Shown here: positions 47,507 through 60,205 of the stretch, one piece after another
Layout: every line of letters starts with the position of its first letter
How positions within the stretch are numbered: the stretch's first letter is position 1
DNA from: Nemertoderma westbladi
Lineage: Eukaryota > Animalia > Xenacoelomorpha
Direction of reading: 5' to 3'
Length of the DNA: 64,000 nucleotides
Assembly (NCBI GenBank): GCA_032718475.1
Contig: JAUCBJ010008984.1
Location: 25,740 to 89,739 of the forward strand
Notes under the pieces: model-generated
The model's input: the letters and a program-made list of their open reading frames with translations, nothing else
Database searches by the model: none
Told to the model about the DNA's origin: nothing
Program-made: the position numbers and the translations under genes

Positions 47507-50290
47507 GCCTACTACTACTAGTATCGGCATGCTGCATTGCAGCTACATTTTTAAGAATGCTGTGCCGGCTTGTCGACAAAATTGCGCCGCCACAACTCCC
47601 TATCACCCATGACATTTGCTAGATCATCCGCATCTTCAATGCCAGTGTCCTTTAAGATGCGTCTCAAGAAAGTCATGGGCTGTCCACCATGCTTATTCAC
47701 TCCATGAGGCTGCCAAAGTACAAGATTATGCACTGGCTGGTCCTCACGCCGAAAGCAATGTCCTGCAAAGCGGAGGCGATTTTGTTCTAGTGTCAAGCTT
47801 GGGGGAACCAATGAGACAGCTTCACTTCAATGTTATATAGTGTCTGGTTGGAGATGCGTGCATTGTACTTGACACAATGAACCCGGCGTAGCATTCTTGT
47901 GAATGTGCCATCCAGAGATTTGGTGTCCTCAGCAGTTAAAGCCCAGCATGGACTCCCATAGAGGAGTACTGGAACTACTGCTGCTCTAAATAATCGGACC
48001 TTAAGTTTCCGATTTATTCTCGGTGACTTGCAAATCCTGGAAAGCCTATCCAAGGCTCACCTTACTTCCGGATCCATGATCCCAGGTAACAGAAGTCATC
48101 CACATGCTCAAGCATACCATCTTTTGAGCTTATGCTCATCCGATCAGAGACTTGCTGAGGACTTTCAAAGTTAACTGTCAAAATTTTGGCCTTTCTGGAG
48201 TTAATAAAAAGACCAACACTAGAAGCAGCATGTTCTAATGAGCTGAGGAGCCGTTGGGCTCCCTCTAGTGATTCTGAGAGTACTCCTAAGTCATCAGCAA
48301 AGTCTAGATCAGTTAGGTACTTGGCAGGATTTCCTCGACTTCTGGAGCCAGTAGGTGGAGTTATCATCACCCCATCATCATTATGATTATCTAAGGACAT
48401 GCGTAGAACATAGTCAACCACAATTATGAACAAGAATGGTGCAAGTGTGTCTCCCTGGAGGACGCCCCATAACACTTCAAATGGTTATGTGTCACCGTCA
48501 ACAGTAGACACAAATGTTGTCGAATCATGGTATACTAATCTGATTGCTGCAATAATTTCATCAGGAATCCCATATAATGAAAGTATGTAAAGGCCTTGAA
48601 GAAGTCAACAAAGATAACAGCCAGATGCCTGTCTTTCTCTTTTGATAACTTTTCAAATATCCTTCCAAGTGCCAAAATGGGCTCCATGGTCCCACGACCG
48701 TTACGGAACCCATTCTGATTTCCACGGAGCAGTCTCTCAATGGGATCCCTGATGCGATTTAATAGAATTCTATTGTATAGCTTTGCAGCAATCGAGATCA
48801 ATGAGATTCCCCGAAGAGAACCATAGAGTGTTAGGTTGCCCTTCTTGGGAACTGGCACCAACTTATTTGTTTTCATTTCTTGTGGGACTCTTGTTGCTCG
48901 GTACATGTCTACTATGATGGGATAGATGAGCTTTAAACACTCAGGCATTTTAAAGACCTCAGGGGGAACACCATATACTCCACTGGCACGATTGGTCTTA
49001 ATGCTCTTTGCAGCAGCCTTCACTTCTGCAAAGGAGATATCGCCAATAGGAATATCTGGGAGTACAGACTCAGACACTTTTACTTCTATAAAGTTACCAT
49101 GCAATACCCTGTCATTATTGAGGAGCTTTTCAAAGTGGGCCTTCCACCATTGAGGCGATCGGCCGGTGATTCAGCCTTAACCTTGGTGGTTGGTTGGCTT
49201 TTCCGCCTAGTAAGCAAGTTGATCGATTTCCATGCCTGGGGTGAATGCCTGCTGTCGTCAGCATCATTGATGGCATCAACCTGTTGGTTTATTAGCTCCT
49301 GCAGATTAACAGAGTACTGGCTGTTCAGGGACCTAGATGCAGCCTTAACTGCATTGTTGGCCGCTGTAGTCTGTTTGAGTCGGGACTCTTTCTGCGCCTT
49401 ATATAGGTCATTTCGGCACTTCTGGATTTTGTTGTCAGTCCAGGGGGCCCTTTTCTGTTTCGAGGGTATACAGGAACTGTTTCTGCAGCTGCTAACTTAA
49501 CTGCTTCTGTGAAGGCAGTATAGCCATCACAGTGATCTGCGGCCTCAGAGGCAAGAACCTCATACCTGTTGCTCAGCTGTAGTGTGAAGCTGGATCTCAC
49601 ACTTGGCTGTTGCAACAGAGAGGACCAGTCATGCCGCGACAAGGCAGATTTCGTTGTTCTGCTAGCACGCAGACTAAGTCTTACCTTGGCCACAATAAGG
49701 CAGTGATCACTGGAGAAGGGTCGAAGTGTAAATGCATTACAGTCTTGTATAGACCTCCTGTACTTCCTACGAAACAGAATATGGTCTATCTGGGACTTGT
49801 GACCACTGGGTCCACTATGAGTCCATAGCTTTCCAGTTCGCTTCTTGAACTGGGTTCCAGCCGAAAACAATCCATTTCCAGAGATTAAATCCTGAAGATG
49901 GACGGAATTTCGGTTGACACTATTGCTATAGACCCAGAGCGATGTAGGCGATTGATGCAGACTTTCATTAAAGTCTCCCAGGAATGTTAAGAATGCATGC
50001 TGATCCACTGCATCAGTAGCTGCTTGTAGATTGTGGTAGAAATTTTCCACCTCCTCTACAGGGGCAACACTAGTTGGAGAGTAGCACACAATCACAACCA
50101 CCTTAGGAAACTTCTTAGCCAGTCTTCCAGAACATGAGAAGTGGCAACAGATGATGCGGTTAGAGATTTGGTCTATATTGTCCAATGCTGCATGTGCAGT
50201 TGGATTCATCAATAGACCAATACCACCATTGCCACTATCATCTGCTGACGCGAGGGCGAGTCGCCAACCGCCCCCCATGTCCTACCGCGC
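47507..50290 (-). mobile_element. Decayed RTE-clade LINE (APE + RT, several frameshifts and deletions)
   Basis: GGIGLLM, VCYSPT, LGDFN, QIDHIL and SSDH APE motifs; PVPKKG, QNGFR, FVDFFKAF, GVLQGDTLAPFLF and LDFADDL RT motifs; RLRFAGHC C-terminus; (TAG)n tail near 47509-47522. Confidence 0.9.
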
Positions 50291-51959
50291 TTGCCATACC
50301 ACTACAGTTTGCAATCCAATTGCGTTCCAATTTTCCAATAAACCGACTTACTGACACAAACTCCATGGCGTAATCTGCAATAGTAATTTACATACAACAT
50401 TTAATTAGAACAGCTGGTTAACAACGAATCGGACCAATTATTTTACTAAATACTTTTTTTTCAACACTTTTAAATCTAATAAGTTAATTCCTCATTTTTA
50501 TTTATTTTTACGTACTAATGCTTCTGACTTAAATTAAATCTTTCCCGTTACATTTTAATTTATATTAGATGAGTATTTATTTCATTCTGTGTCGCATACA
50601 TACAACCATACTGTACATATTCTTTTGAAACAGTAAAAATTGTATGTTATTCTAATTATGTGTTTTTTATATATATCTTGTTTACTTTACATACTATAAT
50701 TATCTCTATTGCGTGGCCTTTATTTACGTACGAATTAGTTCCCTTTATCCATATTTATTTTTATTTTATAATCGTCTAATTAATATACTACCGTACATAT
50801 AAATCATAATCATAAAATCATGTGTGATGTGTGCCCAAAATTATCTGCGTCTTATTTTTATTTTCTTTTTATTATCTTTCATATAATGTATTAATTACTA
50901 TACAGTTTTACATGGTAGGGCCCTATTTAAAGTGACCTTTTATTTACATAAGAATTTGTTCCCCGTAATTACTGTACTTAAACATTTTAAACTATCCAAA
51001 ATGAACTGCCTTTCTATTCTATTCTTACAGATATTTATTCCGCGTGATATTTTATGTATGGCCTTTTACTTCTTTTTTAAACTATTTTCAGGTGACCCTA
51101 CATCATAAAACTGTAATGGAAACAAGAAACTCTCTTTGGGGCTATCCGCGACATCTTCTAATTTTAGATTTACCACTGTGGTGATTTTACTTTAGTATAT
51201 TTTAGTAAACTAGAACTAGTAAATTTGTCTTCTTAGAATCGACCTTAAATTCTTGTTTAAATTTTGTTTCTTCCGACGGTAGCGGTAACTTGTTTTTACT
51301 TTATATTCGATTTATTACTTTAGTTTTTTTTATATATTTTGATGTCAGTAAAACAATTCCAATTCCAATATAATCATCGCATGCCATGAAGGAAACCAAT
51401 ATTTTATACTTTAACTAATTATTAGCTAATAATTATTAACAGAGATGCAGCTTTGTTAGTTTTAACATTTGCATTGATGAATTAATTCCAACAATGTTTA
51501 ACATTTTGCGGGTACGTACGGACTGTGTTGATCTCGGTATGTATGCTGCTGGTGGTTACTGGACTATGAAACTGCTTGTAAAGAATCAAATAATATTATT
51601 TTAGTTATTACCAAAAACTTGTTTAGTTTAAAACCTGCCTCCATAGTTATTTATTATATAACTAACAGTGAGCAGAGCTGAGCAGTTGTTGTTCACATTT
51701 ATTTAAGGTCCTGACGCAATGGTTTAACGTTTCACACTATTAAATAAGCACACACCACCCCTTCTATCCACCCTCCCACCGCAAATCTTAAATAAGTATA
51801 TTGTATTTCGCTAATTATTTATTTCAATTGGATAATTAACTAAAGGGACAATTCAGAATCCTTCCAACGCAACAACTTGATAAACTTAGAGAGTCCCTAT
51901 AATTACACAGAGTCACCGAACCTACGCCTTCCATTCTACTGTACATAGAGACTCCCAGT

Positions 51960-52859
51960 CTACTCAGCAGCTGCCGCCACTGCAGCGCGAATGAACGAGG
52001 CCTTCTTCTGTTTGATGCGGTCCAATCGTTGCGCGCGACTCATCTTAACCCTATTGAACCTCTTGGCTTTCCGCGCGGGGTCTCTCACCTTGGCCGGATT
52101 GGGTTTGGGGTCCGCTCGGATCGCGTCGTGAGCCCGTTTATACATCTCCTCAACCCCTTCCGGCGACACGCTGAGTTTGATAAAGCGCCCGAACTGACGC
52201 TTATACGCGTCGGAGTCGGAGTCCCGCAGCAGTCGCATGTACTCGGCGACGTGCTGACCGAATATGTGGTTGCGATGCACCTCGGCGTTCAGTTTCTCGT
52301 TCTCTACGTCGTACCCGGGAAACCGCCTCACGCTGTGCGGGATGTCCAACCCCCCGTCCACGGCGCCTTTAAGCGCGCCGAACACTCGGGCCCCGGTCGT
52401 CGTTCTAACCAATCCAACGTCGAGGAAGCAACGGAATGCGCCCCGAACGTCCTTGGACTCCACGTTGTATTCCTCGCCATCCGGGCTCGTTTGCCCCTCG
52501 TACAACTCCGCCAAGCCGAACTGATCTAACAGTCTGCGGGCCAGCAGCAGACCGGTGCAGTAGGCAGCGGCGTAATTAGTGAGCCCAACCTTAACGCCGT
52601 ATCGGGGCAACTCGTGCGAATAAGCCGCGCAGATAACAACATCTCCCTCGATTTTAGCGTAAGCAATCTGGCAAATGATATCCTTGTTGGTAAACCGCAC
52701 TATAAGTCGGTACTTCGGAGTGTTGTATTTGTTCTTATCCTGAATGGTGAGACGTTTTCGGGCGTAATAATCGGTTTTACCTTGACGTCGTCGCTTAAAC
52801 TTTACCTGGTAGCGCATAAAATACGACTTGTTTTTAATAACTTTGACGAAACCCTGCAT
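51960..52859 (-). CDS. RPL5: 60S ribosomal protein L5 (uL18), uninterrupted CDS of 299 aa
   Basis: [35 protein letters not shown]...[11 protein letters not shown]...[23 protein letters not shown]; ATG at 52859; intact. Confidence 0.97.
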   Translation of the reverse strand: MQGFVKVIKNKSYFMRYQVKFKRRRQGKTDYYARKRLTIQDKNKYNTPKYRLIVRFTNKDIICQIAYAKIEGDVVICAAYSHELPRYGVKVGLTNYAAAYCTGLLLARRLLDQFGLAELYEGQTSPDGEEYNVESKDVRGAFRCFLDVGLVRTTTGARVFGALKGAVDGGLDIPHSVRRFPGYDVENEKLNAEVHRNHIFGQHVAEYMRLLRDSDSDAYKRQFGRFIKLSVSPEGVEEMYKRAHDAIRADPKPNPAKVRDPARKAKRFNRVKMSRAQRLDRIKQKKASFIRAAVAAAAE

Positions 52860-53274
52860 CTTGTCTGATCGTCTTTCCTCTGCGCCTAGTGGCTGTTCGT
52901 AAAACAATTTTTTGTTTTACACTGCTTACAGACTGACAGAGAACAGAGGAATTAGGCCTACAGGTTTACAGTACAGCAGTACCAGTACTGCTACCTATTA
53001 CTGAATTACAGTCTGACAGTTCTGTATTACGTCTGTACGGCAGTAGGCCTACTGTATAGAAATATTGCAATACTGGTACACGGTACAGCGGTAGCCTATT
53101 TCAGTATTTCTCTACTACCTGACTGCTACAGAACAGACTACAGTGCTACAATGCTACACAGTACAGTGAAGGACTACACTACTAACACTGAAGGACTGGC
53201 ACAGCAGTAATCCGGACCCCGCTATGGAGTCAATTAGTTTGAAATATTTATAATATTTCTACTGATATTTTTTA

Positions 53275-53693
53275 AAGGCAATGATTTTTTATGTCCGTTA
53301 TTTTTACTTTTTTTTGTCACCTTTTTTTTACGAATTATGCATAATGACTTTTGTTGTCCATTTAATGACTTTTATTGTCACTTTTTATGTATGTATTTCT
53401 TCAAACTGTCAGACTGCTGATTTCTGGACTGTCAGACAGTTGATTTCAACATGCCTGTGCCAAAACATTCAAAATTTGTTGATTTCTGGACTGTCAGACG
53501 ACAGTTGATTTCAACATGCCTGTGCCAAGACATTCAAAATTTGTTGATTTTTGGACTGTCGGACAGTTGATTTCACTATGCCTGTTCCAAAACATTGAAC
53601 ATTTATTGATTTCTGGACTGTCAGACAGTTTAATTAATTTACAATACTTGTGGCAAAACATTCAAAATTTTATGATTTCTAGACTATGAGATA
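53275..53693 (+). repeat. Dispersed repeat with an internal ~62-bp tandem expansion
   Basis: Matches 15546-15782, but the unit gatttctggactgtcagacagttgatttca..atgcctgtgccaaaacattc is present about 4 times. Confidence 0.85.
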
Positions 53694-54254
53694 GTGTTCG
53701 CGCTTTTAGACCTTTAACAGTTTAACCTGCTAATTTATGTGTCTTCCCAGCAAAGTCATAGCATGATAAGTCGCTGATAAATTGCTACTAATTTCGCCGG
53801 CTAATACCCTGCTAATTTCGCCGGATAAAAGCCGGCTTTTTGGTTCCAATGTTCTTAAAGGTTTCGAAGGGTGGATTTCGAAGATAAATATCCGTCGTTT
53901 AGTAGACTATTAGCCTTCAATTAGAAGTTTACGAATTTTCGAAGGATAATTTCATACATTATTAGAAGCATTTTCGAAGCATAAAAAATGCTATTTTTCG
54001 AAGAAAAAAAAAGTAACTGAAACAAGTCCAATCACTGGACCTGCCTGTGGATGCTTTGGTGGAGAGGGAGGGGGGGTTTACAAATCTGAAATTTGGATTA
54101 CAAATTTCAGTTCCCAGTTACGAATTTAAATTCCCAGATACGAATTGTTCACAGTAATAAGTGTTTCTGCTAAATGAATCTGAACCCTCAGTTACGTTCT
54201 TACATCATGTTCTAGAATATGGTTTATTTATTAAATAGAAAAATAATAGCCTCA

Positions 54255-54358
54255 GGCCGCGTTCACACTACCGAGTCAAAGTTAAAATAAATAAATATAG
54301 CTAGCTAGCTATAATCAATAAATATACATTATATAGGTAGTGTGAAGTGAACGCGGCC
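54255..54358. mobile_element. Short PIF/Harbinger-like MITE
   Basis: TIR ggccgcgttcac(actacc) / (ggtagt)..gtgaacgcggcc; flanks tca / taa. Confidence 0.6.
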
Positions 54359-54361
54359 TAA

Positions 54362-54734
54362 AGACCTGTTTACACGTGGCAACTTTTAGAGCAACTTTCT
54401 CGGCAACTAGCAACTTTTTTTGGAGCAACTTAATTTAATCGCTGTTTACACGTGGCAACTTTACCAGCAACTTGGCCGGCAACTTTTAGAGCAACTTGGC
54501 TAGTTTGACTGTAAAATAGTGGGTCATTTTATCTACTAGCTAGTTTTTGATAATTTAATTTGATTATCCCGCTTTAATTCGCCAACGCAAATTCCTTCAA
54601 GTTGCCGTAAAAGTTGAGCAACTTTTACGGCAACTTTTTTACGTGTTTACACGGAGCAACTTGATCGGCAACCTGGGTTGCTCTACAAGTTGCCGAGAAA
54701 GTTGCTCTAAAAGTTGCCACGTGTAAACAGGCCT
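54362..54734. mobile_element. PIF/Harbinger (Tourist-like) MITE
   Basis: About 45-bp TIR agacctgtttacacgtggcaacttttagagcaactttctcggcaact and its inverse; TAA TSD on both sides; internal gcaact repeats. Confidence 0.85.
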
Positions 54735-54918
54735 TAACGCCGTGAAAAACATTATATTAAACTTCCAAACGATGGGACTGGTGCTGCAATATCGCCGGCG
54801 GTGACACTTTATTCAAAAGCTTGTAGCTAAGGAATAATAAATGGAAAATAATATATATATAATATATAAAATAAATGGAAATATAAAATATTTACAAGAA
54901 CAATTTTCTTAATCAAAG

Positions 54919-55008
54919 ATTGAATTCACATCTCTCGGAGGTCGTGGGTTCAACCCCACGTGGGGGCTGAGGCAGTTTTCGTTTCGGCACGAATGCTTTG
55001 AAGGGTCT
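54919..55008 (+). mobile_element. Truncated copy of the tRNA-derived SINE
   Basis: ttgaattcacatctc...ggtcgtgggttc...ggcagttttcgtttcggcacgaatgcttt matches about 14968-15051. Confidence 0.8.
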
Positions 55009-55438
55009 TGCCACGTCGACGTTTCTTTGTTTCTCTGTTCTCTCGTTGTTCAGGTTGACCAATCAGAGCGTTTGTTATCTCTGTGTTGGAGGTATATACA
55101 GAAACTCAGTAGTTCAGTGTTATGTTTTTGACCAGAGCCTAAGAACCGGCTTTGGCACCTCCGTGTTTTCAGTTTTTAGTCTTACACTAGTAGGTTTAAT
55201 TATAAAGGGCATATATCCTTTAACTACCTGACTCATGGAATCACTGCTAACTGATCATACATACTGACTGCTGAAACATTGCAAACTCATAACAATCAGT
55301 GTTCAGTTGTTGTTTTATACTGCTATTTGTTGTCGGTTATTCATTATATTTGTTGATGAATTATTATATTGGAATAACGAGAAATAACCCCGACACCCAA
55401 TATTCTTGATATACCGAAGGTAAGAGAGAAAGGTTACA
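55009..55438 (+). mobile_element. Probable solo LTR
   Basis: TGCCAC...GTTACA ends; ccaatcaga followed by tatata; abruptly truncates the SINE on the left and the LINE on the right; no TSD. Confidence 0.5.
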
Positions 55439-58191
55439 GATAAAGCTTGTAGAAAATGCCTGCAGATTTTGATATTTTACCTTTAACGTAATCTAGATGG
55501 GGTTTCCAATTTAAATTGTTATCTACATACACACCCAAAAATTTAGTGCTATTTGTAATTTGAATTTTATTATTATTTATTTGGAGTGCAGGTAGATTAC
55601 AAGTTTGTTGGAGTGTATTGGAGAATAGAGTAGCTTCAGTTTTTTTTAGATTTAGGGAAAGACGATTATCAATTAGCCAACCAGCGATTTTATTCAATTC
55701 CAGGTTAATGTCATTAGTTAGATCGGTTAGATTGGTGCCTGATTGAAATAGAGTAGTGTCGTCTGCAAATAACGTAGCGAATAAAGTAGTTACATTGGGT
55801 AAGTCATTAATGTAGATTAGAAATAGAAGGGGGGAGAGAACCCCTCCCTGAGGGAGGCCACATAGTAATGGTAAGAGAGTAGATGAGCAGGAGTCTATAG
55901 ACACGTACTGAAATCTAGAGGATAGGAAGCTAGAGATTAGTTGATGAGGGATACCGCGTACGCCATAGCAGTTTAGCTTATCTAAGAGTATTTTTGTGTT
56001 GATAGTGTCAAAAGCCTTCTTTAGATCTATATATATATGCATATGTGGTTTTTTTATTATCAAGTGCTTGGTGAATTTTTTCAATAACCGAAAGTAAAGC
56101 GTGTGAGGTCGAAATTTTGGGCCGAAAACCGTACTGGGAGTTTGTTAGTAATTTGAATTTACTTAGGTAAGATAGTAGTTGTGAGTTAATGATCTGTTCG
56201 AATATTTTACTTAGTATTGGAAGAAGCGAGATCGGTCGATAATTATTAGGATCAGTAGGGTCATCCGTTTTGTACGAAGGGATAACTTTAGCGATTTTGA
56301 GGGAACTCGGGAAGTGTCCTAACCTGATAGATAGATTAATTAGTTTGCTGAGATATATAGATATAGGTTTAGCCGCGAGTTGAAGTAACTTAGTGGGGAA
56401 TGAATCGTTTGTTGCAGATTTGGGATTTAGATGTAGCAATAAATATTCGACTTCTACAGGAGTAGTTTCAATAAGCGAGAACGAGTTAGGACGTCGGTTG
56501 GAGTTAGAAATGAAACGGAGTGGGGATCGATTAGATGTTGGGATGTTTCTATTTAGTTTAGAACCTACGGTAGCGAAGTGAGTATTAAGAATATTAGCTA
56601 TTTTAGCGGGGTCTCTAGTAGTTTCAATTATATTATCGGTACGAGTAGTAATTTGGTTAGGGATGCTTAGTTTTTTCGATTTGTTAAGTGCGGAATTTAT
56701 TATCAGCCAAGTTTTTCGAATATTTTTCGAATTTTTTTCAAATTGGTCTGTATAGTATAGCTTTTCTGCAGTTCTCAGGGTTGAAGTTAATTTATTTCTG
56801 TACATCTTGAATTTTATCAGGTTAGATTCAGTGGGTTGTTTTAGGTATTGACGATATAGCTTATTTTTTTTTATTGTACAATTAATTAAAGCAGTGGTCA
56901 TCCAGGGTTTGTTTGGTATTTTGCGCGGTTGAACTAGTATTTTTGGTACGTGTTTATTAAAAATATTTTCCATGTCTTTATAGAATACATCAAATTTATC
57001 TTTATCCTTAATATCTTTATGAGTATATGTCCATGAAGCGGGTGAATTAATGTCTTTCATAAAATTTTGTGAATTGAAATTAGAATAGTCGAAAACTGAG
57101 TGAAATTTGGGTTTGCTAAAGTAACATGAATAATTTTGAAGTAGAGTGAATATTGGTTGATGATCAGAGGATCCAATTTTAACGCGAAAAGTACCAGATT
57201 TAGTTGCTGAAGAAGTAATATTAGTGATTACGTGATCTATACATGATTTAGTCCATGGGGTAACGCGTGTAGGGTGATTAATTAGTTGAATGAAGCCGTA
57301 TGAGTTTAGAAGGTTTACATATTCCATTGGATTATCTTTAGATTTTGGAAGTGTATTAATGTTAGTATCTCCAGTAATGATGACGTCACAGGTAGAGTTA
57401 GCTAAGTTAGATAGGGAAGAATCTAGAAGAGAGAGAAAGTGTTCACGTTGTATAGCTTGCGTACGGTATAGAGTTCCAACTATTAAGGGTTTAGATTTTT
57501 GTCGTTTTATTTCAATCCATGAGCTTTCAAGGTCACTGATTTTCAAATCGTCCCTGGATATTACCTCTAAGGATTCTTTTACGTAAATGGCAGCCCCCCC
57601 TCGATCTAATTTACCAAATTTACGATTGTCTAAAAAAGGACCTTTGTACCCGTTAATATGTATACTGGTTCTGGGGGAGTTGTCAGTTAAAAATGTTTCT
57701 GAAAAGTTTAGAATGTCAAATTTTAGATCCAATGTAAGTAAAAAATCAGTAATGGAATTTAAGTTTGCTGGCAGGCTACGGCAATTTAGGTGGAACACTG
57801 AAAGGGAAGGAGTATCGTCAGAATTTGTATAGTCAATATTAAAAGTTTTTTCAGTATAAGTGCCGCCATCTATGTTAAGGTTCGTTAAATTACTTTCGGG
57901 GTCAAGGTGGGAAAAGGTTTGATTTAAGATATTAGTGTCAGGTAAAATAATTTTGGTTGGGAAAATATCGGCGTCATTTGTACAAACTGAATAAAAAGGA
58001 AAAATTTCGGAGTAACAATAAACGCAGTAAATATCAGCTCTAGTTCGCTCAGCAACGACAAGTTCATTAGGGCGTAGATACGAACCGCAAGGTAGGTGGT
58101 ATTTATTAGAACAAAGGTTGCAAGTAAAAGTATTATCGATCAGGTTGAAACTAGAAAAGCAAAAGGTGCATGCGTTATGAGTATGGGGCAT
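55439..58191 (-). pseudogene. LINE ORF2: PHD-like finger + APE + RT, frameshifted at a (TA)n run near 56030
   Basis: CTFC..CNLC..YHLPC..YCVYC; HLNCRSL, SETFL, GDTNIN, CIDH, SDH; NYRPISLLP, QYGFR, DLKKAFDT, GLPQG, LFADDT, KFLGV. Confidence 0.88.
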
Positions 58192-58477
58192 TAGGGTGGG
58201 GGGGGGGGGGGGGGGGGGGTTGGGGCAGGGTGATAAAGAACAGTACAATATAAGACCTTAGTATCTACAGGCAGACTACAGTAGCCATAAAGGTAACAAC
58301 CCTTCACCGACCATATTATAGTAATAAAAGTTAGAATCCGTACCAGGATCGGTGGCTGAATACAAAAGGATGATGAATCGTATTTCAGCACAGTATATAG
58401 TCAAATTATCGGCATTGGGCGGTATATAAATCGAATGAAAGTCTCAAAATACAAACAAGGTGTTATTTAGAATGTGG

Positions 58478-59319
58478 TTAAACGACTTCAACATCAGATT
58501 GGCTGTCATCGAGTAGATCGTCGTTAGTTAGACTGCTGGCGTCCTGTAACTGTCGGATTGCAGATGGCGACTTGTTACGAGATCCACAACTGGAAGATCC
58601 ACCTTGCGAGAGGGAACGTATCGGTTCAGCAACCTGTCCAGAGTGGGGTCGAACGCTCCAGGCTTGGCCACCTTTTCTTTGTTGAGGCTCTGTCTGAATT
58701 CGCGGTTCGATCAACGTTAGTAGCTCATTTATGTCTTCGTGATTCCGGATAAGTAAGGGGACTTCTGTGGATTTAATTCGAACATAAACGTTCCCATTCC
58801 GGGAATATGAAGCGAATATAAGTTTTTGTTTCTTTATTTTGACTACATCCCGTAGAAGCGTAACGCAATTCGGTGTCAGGTGCTCCGAGAAATACAGGCC
58901 TTCTGGTATTATTTCGCGGTTTTTTTTAGAGAATACCTTAAAGCGTTGCGAGTGGCCCATAAATCGAATAATTATCGGGCGGGGCATGTCTTCTTTCCGT
59001 CGTCCGAGTCGATGCAGCACATCGACAGATTGGTTACTAATTCCCATATCGGCTAAAATCTTGAAGAAATCGCATCAGCAGTTGGGGTTGATTCTTTAAC
59101 ACCGTGGAGGAGCACATTATTTCTTCTACCATACTGCTGTAGGTCGTCGTTCGTGTCAGACATGCTTTTATTTTCTTTGGTTAATTTCGTAATGTTCAGT
59201 TGGAGTTCGCTGATAGTGGATTGCAGTTGAGGAATACTCGCGACTTTCTCTTTCATTATTTTTATGTCTTTGGCAATAGCAGTTAGCATTGTCTCGAAGC
59301 GGTCGATTTTTGGGCCCAT
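58478..59319 (-). pseudogene. LINE ORF1 (coiled coil + RRM-like), frameshifted near 59060
   Basis: Heptad region, then QYGRRNNVLLHGVKE, HRLGR..PRPIIIRF and YFSEHLT motifs typical of L1/CR1-type ORF1. Confidence 0.82.
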
Positions 59320-60004
59320 TTTGAGACTATGATATGCAGATTCAGAGATTTTGTACAGATAGCAAATACAATAATAGGCCTATGGCAGTAGGGAGTTACC
59401 TGTAGGCAAGTCAGTCACTCAGTCATCATGACCAAAAACCTTTTAATTTTGTTCCACCACATATACAGTGTTCTGCACTGAAATATAAAAACCTAAAAAT
59501 GAGAATAATAAAAACTATAGGTGGGATTATAAAAAATTTGGTCTATTGAAAATGAAAACGCGGAACAATAATGAATCAACCACGAAATACAAATAATATG
59601 AAAGATTGAGAAGCACAATTTATAGCACAACTGATTACTATAAAAGGTAGTAGAGGAAAGTATTGAGGTAGATTGAGTAGAGTTTGACAATGAGAAAACC
59701 AATAGTTTAAATTTTACATAGAGTTTTCTAAGACATTATAATATAATATATACATAAGACTTTTGCCTGAATTATATAATTAGCCTTATTCAACCTTCCA
59801 CCTAAATTGATATTCAATCCAGTTTCAGTTACTATTTACTTTTGAGGCGGTATCTCTCTTTGTCTAGCTGGATCTTCAGGTAATTGGTAATTACCTTTCC
59901 AATAGACCTCTCGTCCGTCCTTTTGATATTTGAGGCAACAGCGCCTAAGGAGACAGAAATAAGTTTTTCAGTGTAGGTAATACATTAGGTATTAGTGTTA
60001 AGAA

Positions 60005-60120
60005 CGTTGGTTAAAACCGTTGTATTACATTAGCATAGCATCTCTCTGGATGTCGTGGGTTTGATCCCCATATGGGGGCATGGCGAAGGCGTACTTTTCC
60101 CTTCGTCACGAACACTTTGA
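60005..60120 (+). mobile_element. Degenerate SINE head
   Basis: catctctctggatgtcgtgggtttgatcccca...ttcgtcacgaacacttt resembles the copies at 14942 and 54919. Confidence 0.5.
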
Positions 60121-60205
60121 CATGCAGACCCCCCCACTTTTAGATATACCACTTTTATTTCTATACTATTTTTCTCAAAATTGGTGTATAAATTACGTAA
60201 CAGCT

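Larger units (their letters stand above)
55439..59440 (-). mobile_element. CR1/L2-group (Crack/Daphne-like) LINE, 3'-truncated and frameshifted
   Basis: Two-ORF organisation, ORF1 at 59319-58478 and ORF2 at 58191-55439; 5' boundary approximate. Confidence 0.88.
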
